The position numbers and the translations under genes are program-made. From NCBI GenBank assembly GCA_963827685.1, contig CAWHBU010000003.1, forward strand, positions 928,001 to 992,000: a DNA stretch of 64,000 nt, written 5' to 3'. Origin of the DNA: an uncultured delta proteobacterium. Its GTDB lineage: Bacteria > Desulfobacterota > BSN033 > UBA1163. Below the pieces are notes generated by a model. It saw only the letters and a program-made list of their open reading frames with translations, searched no databases and was not told the DNA's origin. Below, one piece after another: positions 61,162 to 64,000 of this stretch; positions within the stretch are counted from its first letter, which is position 1, and each line of letters begins with the position of its first letter.

Positions 61162-61277
61162 ATCGGGACCCTCACCAGCTTGAACTGTCTTGTCCTTGAC
61201 AATCTTCCCTTAATATATCACGCTTGTCTTAAGCAGTGATTATCAGCATACTCATTTTGTGAGCCCCGCGAGGTTAT

Positions 61278-62774
61278 TTGAAGAATAACGACGATAGACG
61301 GGACCGCGGCAGCGACCAGCGAGAATCACGCATTCTGTCCCGTAGCGACATAGACCATCCCAATCTATTTCTCATAGCGGCAGCAACGGGCTCAAGGGCC
61401 CGAAACAAGGCATTTGGCATCCGCTTGCCCCTGCTCGGATATCCTGCCATCGGTCTTGCGACGATCGCTTCCCTGACCCCAGACCGGTTCAACGTCCGTC
61501 TCGTTGACGAGGCCAATGAACCTGTCCCTTATGGGGAAGGCTGTCACCTGGCTTTAATTGTTGGACTGACCCACCATATACCGAACGTTTATCACATTGC
61601 CGATCGTCTGCGGTCTGAAGGAACGAAGGTGATACTGGGTGGATTCCATGTGACGGCTCTGCCGGACGAGGCTCTGGAACACGCTGATTCCGTGATCCTT
61701 GGAGAAGCCGAAGCCATATGGGAAGAGATGCTCGATGATTTTACGCGCGGAAACCTGAAGAAAAAATATATTGGCCGGGAGACAGACCTCGACCGGCTTC
61801 CTCACATGAGACGTGACCTTTTTAACAAAAAATTCTACTACCCCGGGCAAATCATAGAAACCACTCGCGGCTGTGCGGTCGGATGCGCATTTTGTGGCGT
61901 CCAGAAATTTTTTGGGAGAAGGTACAGGGGACGGCCACCGGAAGCAATTCGAAAGGAGCTGATGGCCCTCTTCGGCCCAAGGCCTCCGCAGGCGCGATGG
62001 AAAACCTGGCTGGCACGACACTGGCATCCTGACATTCCGTACTTTATCGAAAGACGCCTCCTTTATGTGATGGATTCCAATTTCGTTTCAGATCCGGGTC
62101 ATGCCCGGGCGGTGCTGCAGGTCTTCAAGGACTGCGATATCAGGTGGTACGGCCATGCCAGCTTCAACCTCACACGGGATGAGTCCATGCTCGACCTGAT
62201 GGCCGAATCAGGCTGTATCGGCGTGAACATCGGCTTTGAATCGCTCTCCCAAACAACGATTGATTCCATGCACAAATTCCCTAACCGAACAGCAGAATAT
62301 GCCGATTGTATCCGTCGCCTTCATGAACGCGAAATCGGTGTCATGGGCACATTCATTGTCGGATTTGATGAAGACACCCCCACGGTCTTCGACCAGATCG
62401 CCGAATTCGCAATTGAAAATCGCCTGGAGACCGCCTTTACGCTGATCCTTACTCCCCTTCCGGACACCCCGCTCTACGCGCAGATGGATTCCCAGGGCCG
62501 GATTTTCAGTCACAACTGGAGCGATTATGATCACGGCTCGGTGACGTTTTTCCCAAAAAACACGACTCCGCAGCAGCTTCACTGGGGGATGAGATCCACA
62601 TGGAGGAAAATCTATTCATGGCGGAGTATATGGCAAAGAATCATGACAAAGCCCCGCGTCCGGCCTTTCTTCTATCTGCCGGTAAACTTCGGCTTTCACC
62701 GTTGCACCCGCCTGATCTGTTCCGCAAAGCTCTGGCCTCCCCCGAAACCAGCCCAACAAAAATCGTTTCACTAA
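61278..62774 (+). CDS. Cobalamin-binding radical SAM protein
   Basis: GGFHVT, GEAE, ETTRGCAVGCAFC, IGFES, FIVGFD, TPLPDTPLY. Confidence 0.9.
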   Translation: MKNNDDRRDRGSDQRESRILSRSDIDHPNLFLIAAATGSRARNKAFGIRLPLLGYPAIGLATIASLTPDRFNVRLVDEANEPVPYGEGCHLALIVGLTHHIPNVYHIADRLRSEGTKVILGGFHVTALPDEALEHADSVILGEAEAIWEEMLDDFTRGNLKKKYIGRETDLDRLPHMRRDLFNKKFYYPGQIIETTRGCAVGCAFCGVQKFFGRRYRGRPPEAIRKELMALFGPRPPQARWKTWLARHWHPDIPYFIERRLLYVMDSNFVSDPGHARAVLQVFKDCDIRWYGHASFNLTRDESMLDLMAESGCIGVNIGFESLSQTTIDSMHKFPNRTAEYADCIRRLHEREIGVMGTFIVGFDEDTPTVFDQIAEFAIENRLETAFTLILTPLPDTPLYAQMDSQGRIFSHNWSDYDHGSVTFFPKNTTPQQLHWGMRSTWRKIYSWRSIWQRIMTKPRVRPFFYLPVNFGFHRCTRLICSAKLWPPPKPAQQKSFH

Positions 62775-63125
62775 AATCCCCCAACTCCCTGATCCCCGAG
62801 TTCTGCATTCTGCCACCTGGAATCAAATATTAACTTCTTCAGCGGTTAAGACTAATAATATTGCAAACTGCCACCCCTTGCCAAATTCACTCAGCAAGAG
62901 CGCGCTCTGCCTGCTGTCCCGTTCCAGGTTAGGTTCGGGGCCATCGATTTCCTTTCTTCTTCCTGCTTGCAGGCTTGTCCGCTCCTCTTGCCATCGCTCC
63001 TGATCACCATTTTCCCCGGTATTTCAGACGATTGAAACGAGTCCAACGAGAAAAGGCAATGTCTTGATGTTGCGGAGGCATATGAGGTAAAATAGTTCCA
63101 GTAGACTTTGGAGAACGCTGCGATC

Positions 63126-64000
63126 ATGTTTTGGAAAAGGAAGCGCATCGGCCTTGCTCTCGGAGGCGGAGGTGCCAGAGGGCTCGCCCATATAGGCGTG
63201 TTAAGGGCACTTGAGAAAGAGAAAATTCCCATTGATCTTATTGTGGGAACCAGTATCGGGGCGTTAGTGGGCGGGGCCTATGCCAGCGGAAACACATCAG
63301 AGGCATTGCAGAGAAAGGCGGATGAGTATCTCAACAGCACTGAATTTCAATCTTCGGCTATAAGGGCCTTTGAAGCGGTTCATGCGAAGGGAGAGGTAAG
63401 TCTGGCTCACAAAATTCAGAGCTACTTAAGAAATCATTTTTATTTGATCCAGGCGATGTTCAGACCAGGCCTACTTTCCAATGAAGTTTTTCAGGCTACA
63501 ATCGATTATTTTATTCCCGACATTCAAATCGAAGAGACTCGAATTCCCTTTCGGGCTGTGGCCACCGACCTGGTGAGTGGCGAGCAGATTACTTTTTCTG
63601 AGGGACCTCTGCGGCAGGCTGTGATGGCAAGTTGCGCCGTTCCGGGGGCCATCGCGCCGCTCAAGAAGGGCGAAAGGCTTCTGTCAGATGGGGGCATCAT
63701 CTGCGGCGTTCCCAGTTCTGTGGCGAGGCAGGAAGGCGCAGACATTGTGATTGCCGTGGTCGCAGACCGGGGCATTAGTTCGGAGGAACTGCGGAATGTG
63801 GTAGACATATATCTTAGGGTCAGTGAGATTATGGGGGAAAGGCTGAAACAATATGAGTTGGCAGATGCTGATGTGGTGATTCTCCCAGAGGTAGGAGATT
63901 TGCATTGGTCAAGCTTCTCGCAGGCCCTGAGTCTGATTGATGAAGGTGAAAGGGCTGCAAGGGAGAAGCTCGACAATATCCGTCATGCCATGCTCGGCGC
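63126..64000 (+). CDS. Patatin-like phospholipase, truncated by window edge
   Basis: Hand translation: LALGGGGARGLAHIGV, GTSIG, SDGG. Confidence 0.9.
   Translation, partial: MFWKRKRIGLALGGGGARGLAHIGVLRALEKEKIPIDLIVGTSIGALVGGAYASGNTSEALQRKADEYLNSTEFQSSAIRAFEAVHAKGEVSLAHKIQSYLRNHFYLIQAMFRPGLLSNEVFQATIDYFIPDIQIEETRIPFRAVATDLVSGEQITFSEGPLRQAVMASCAVPGAIAPLKKGERLLSDGGIICGVPSSVARQEGADIVIAVVADRGISSEELRNVVDIYLRVSEIMGERLKQYELADADVVILPEVGDLHWSSFSQALSLIDEGERAAREKLDNIRHAMLG

Noticed and set aside
62891-63976. Minus-strand ORFs at the window end
   Set aside because: Antisense to the clear patatin gene

Overview
A 64 kb chromosomal window, probably from an anaerobic Desulfobacterota/deltaproteobacterium (inferred from gene content, not verified). 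It is dominated by cell-envelope lipid chemistry. (1) A complete L-Ara4N (arn) locus with split arnA. (2) A ~15.6 kb minus-strand cluster with three more ArnT-type transferases, a GT2/DegT/Gfo amino-sugar set, Kdo/WaaP-type kinases (one with tandem domains), an ICMT-like methyltransferase, a GT4 and a radical SAM/oxidoreductase pair. (3) Divergent from that cluster, a compact operon behind a sigma54-type motif: ACP, FabF, HAD phosphatase, class III aminotransferase and alpha/beta hydrolase. I cannot assign it to a characterised pathway, and it is my best candidate for a new (amino)lipid system. Also present: a tungsten AOR with two ThiS/MoaD-fold genes, c-di-AMP cyclase and PgpH-like genes, phoH-HD-ybeY, lnt, tatA, a two-component pair, an IS200 element, a solo integron attC cassette, a TPR gene built from 102-bp tandem repeats, a frameshifted cobB, and many MITEs and nested REP-like palindromes. 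No rRNA, tRNA or CRISPR array was seen. All functional calls come from motif recognition by eye; no searches were run.
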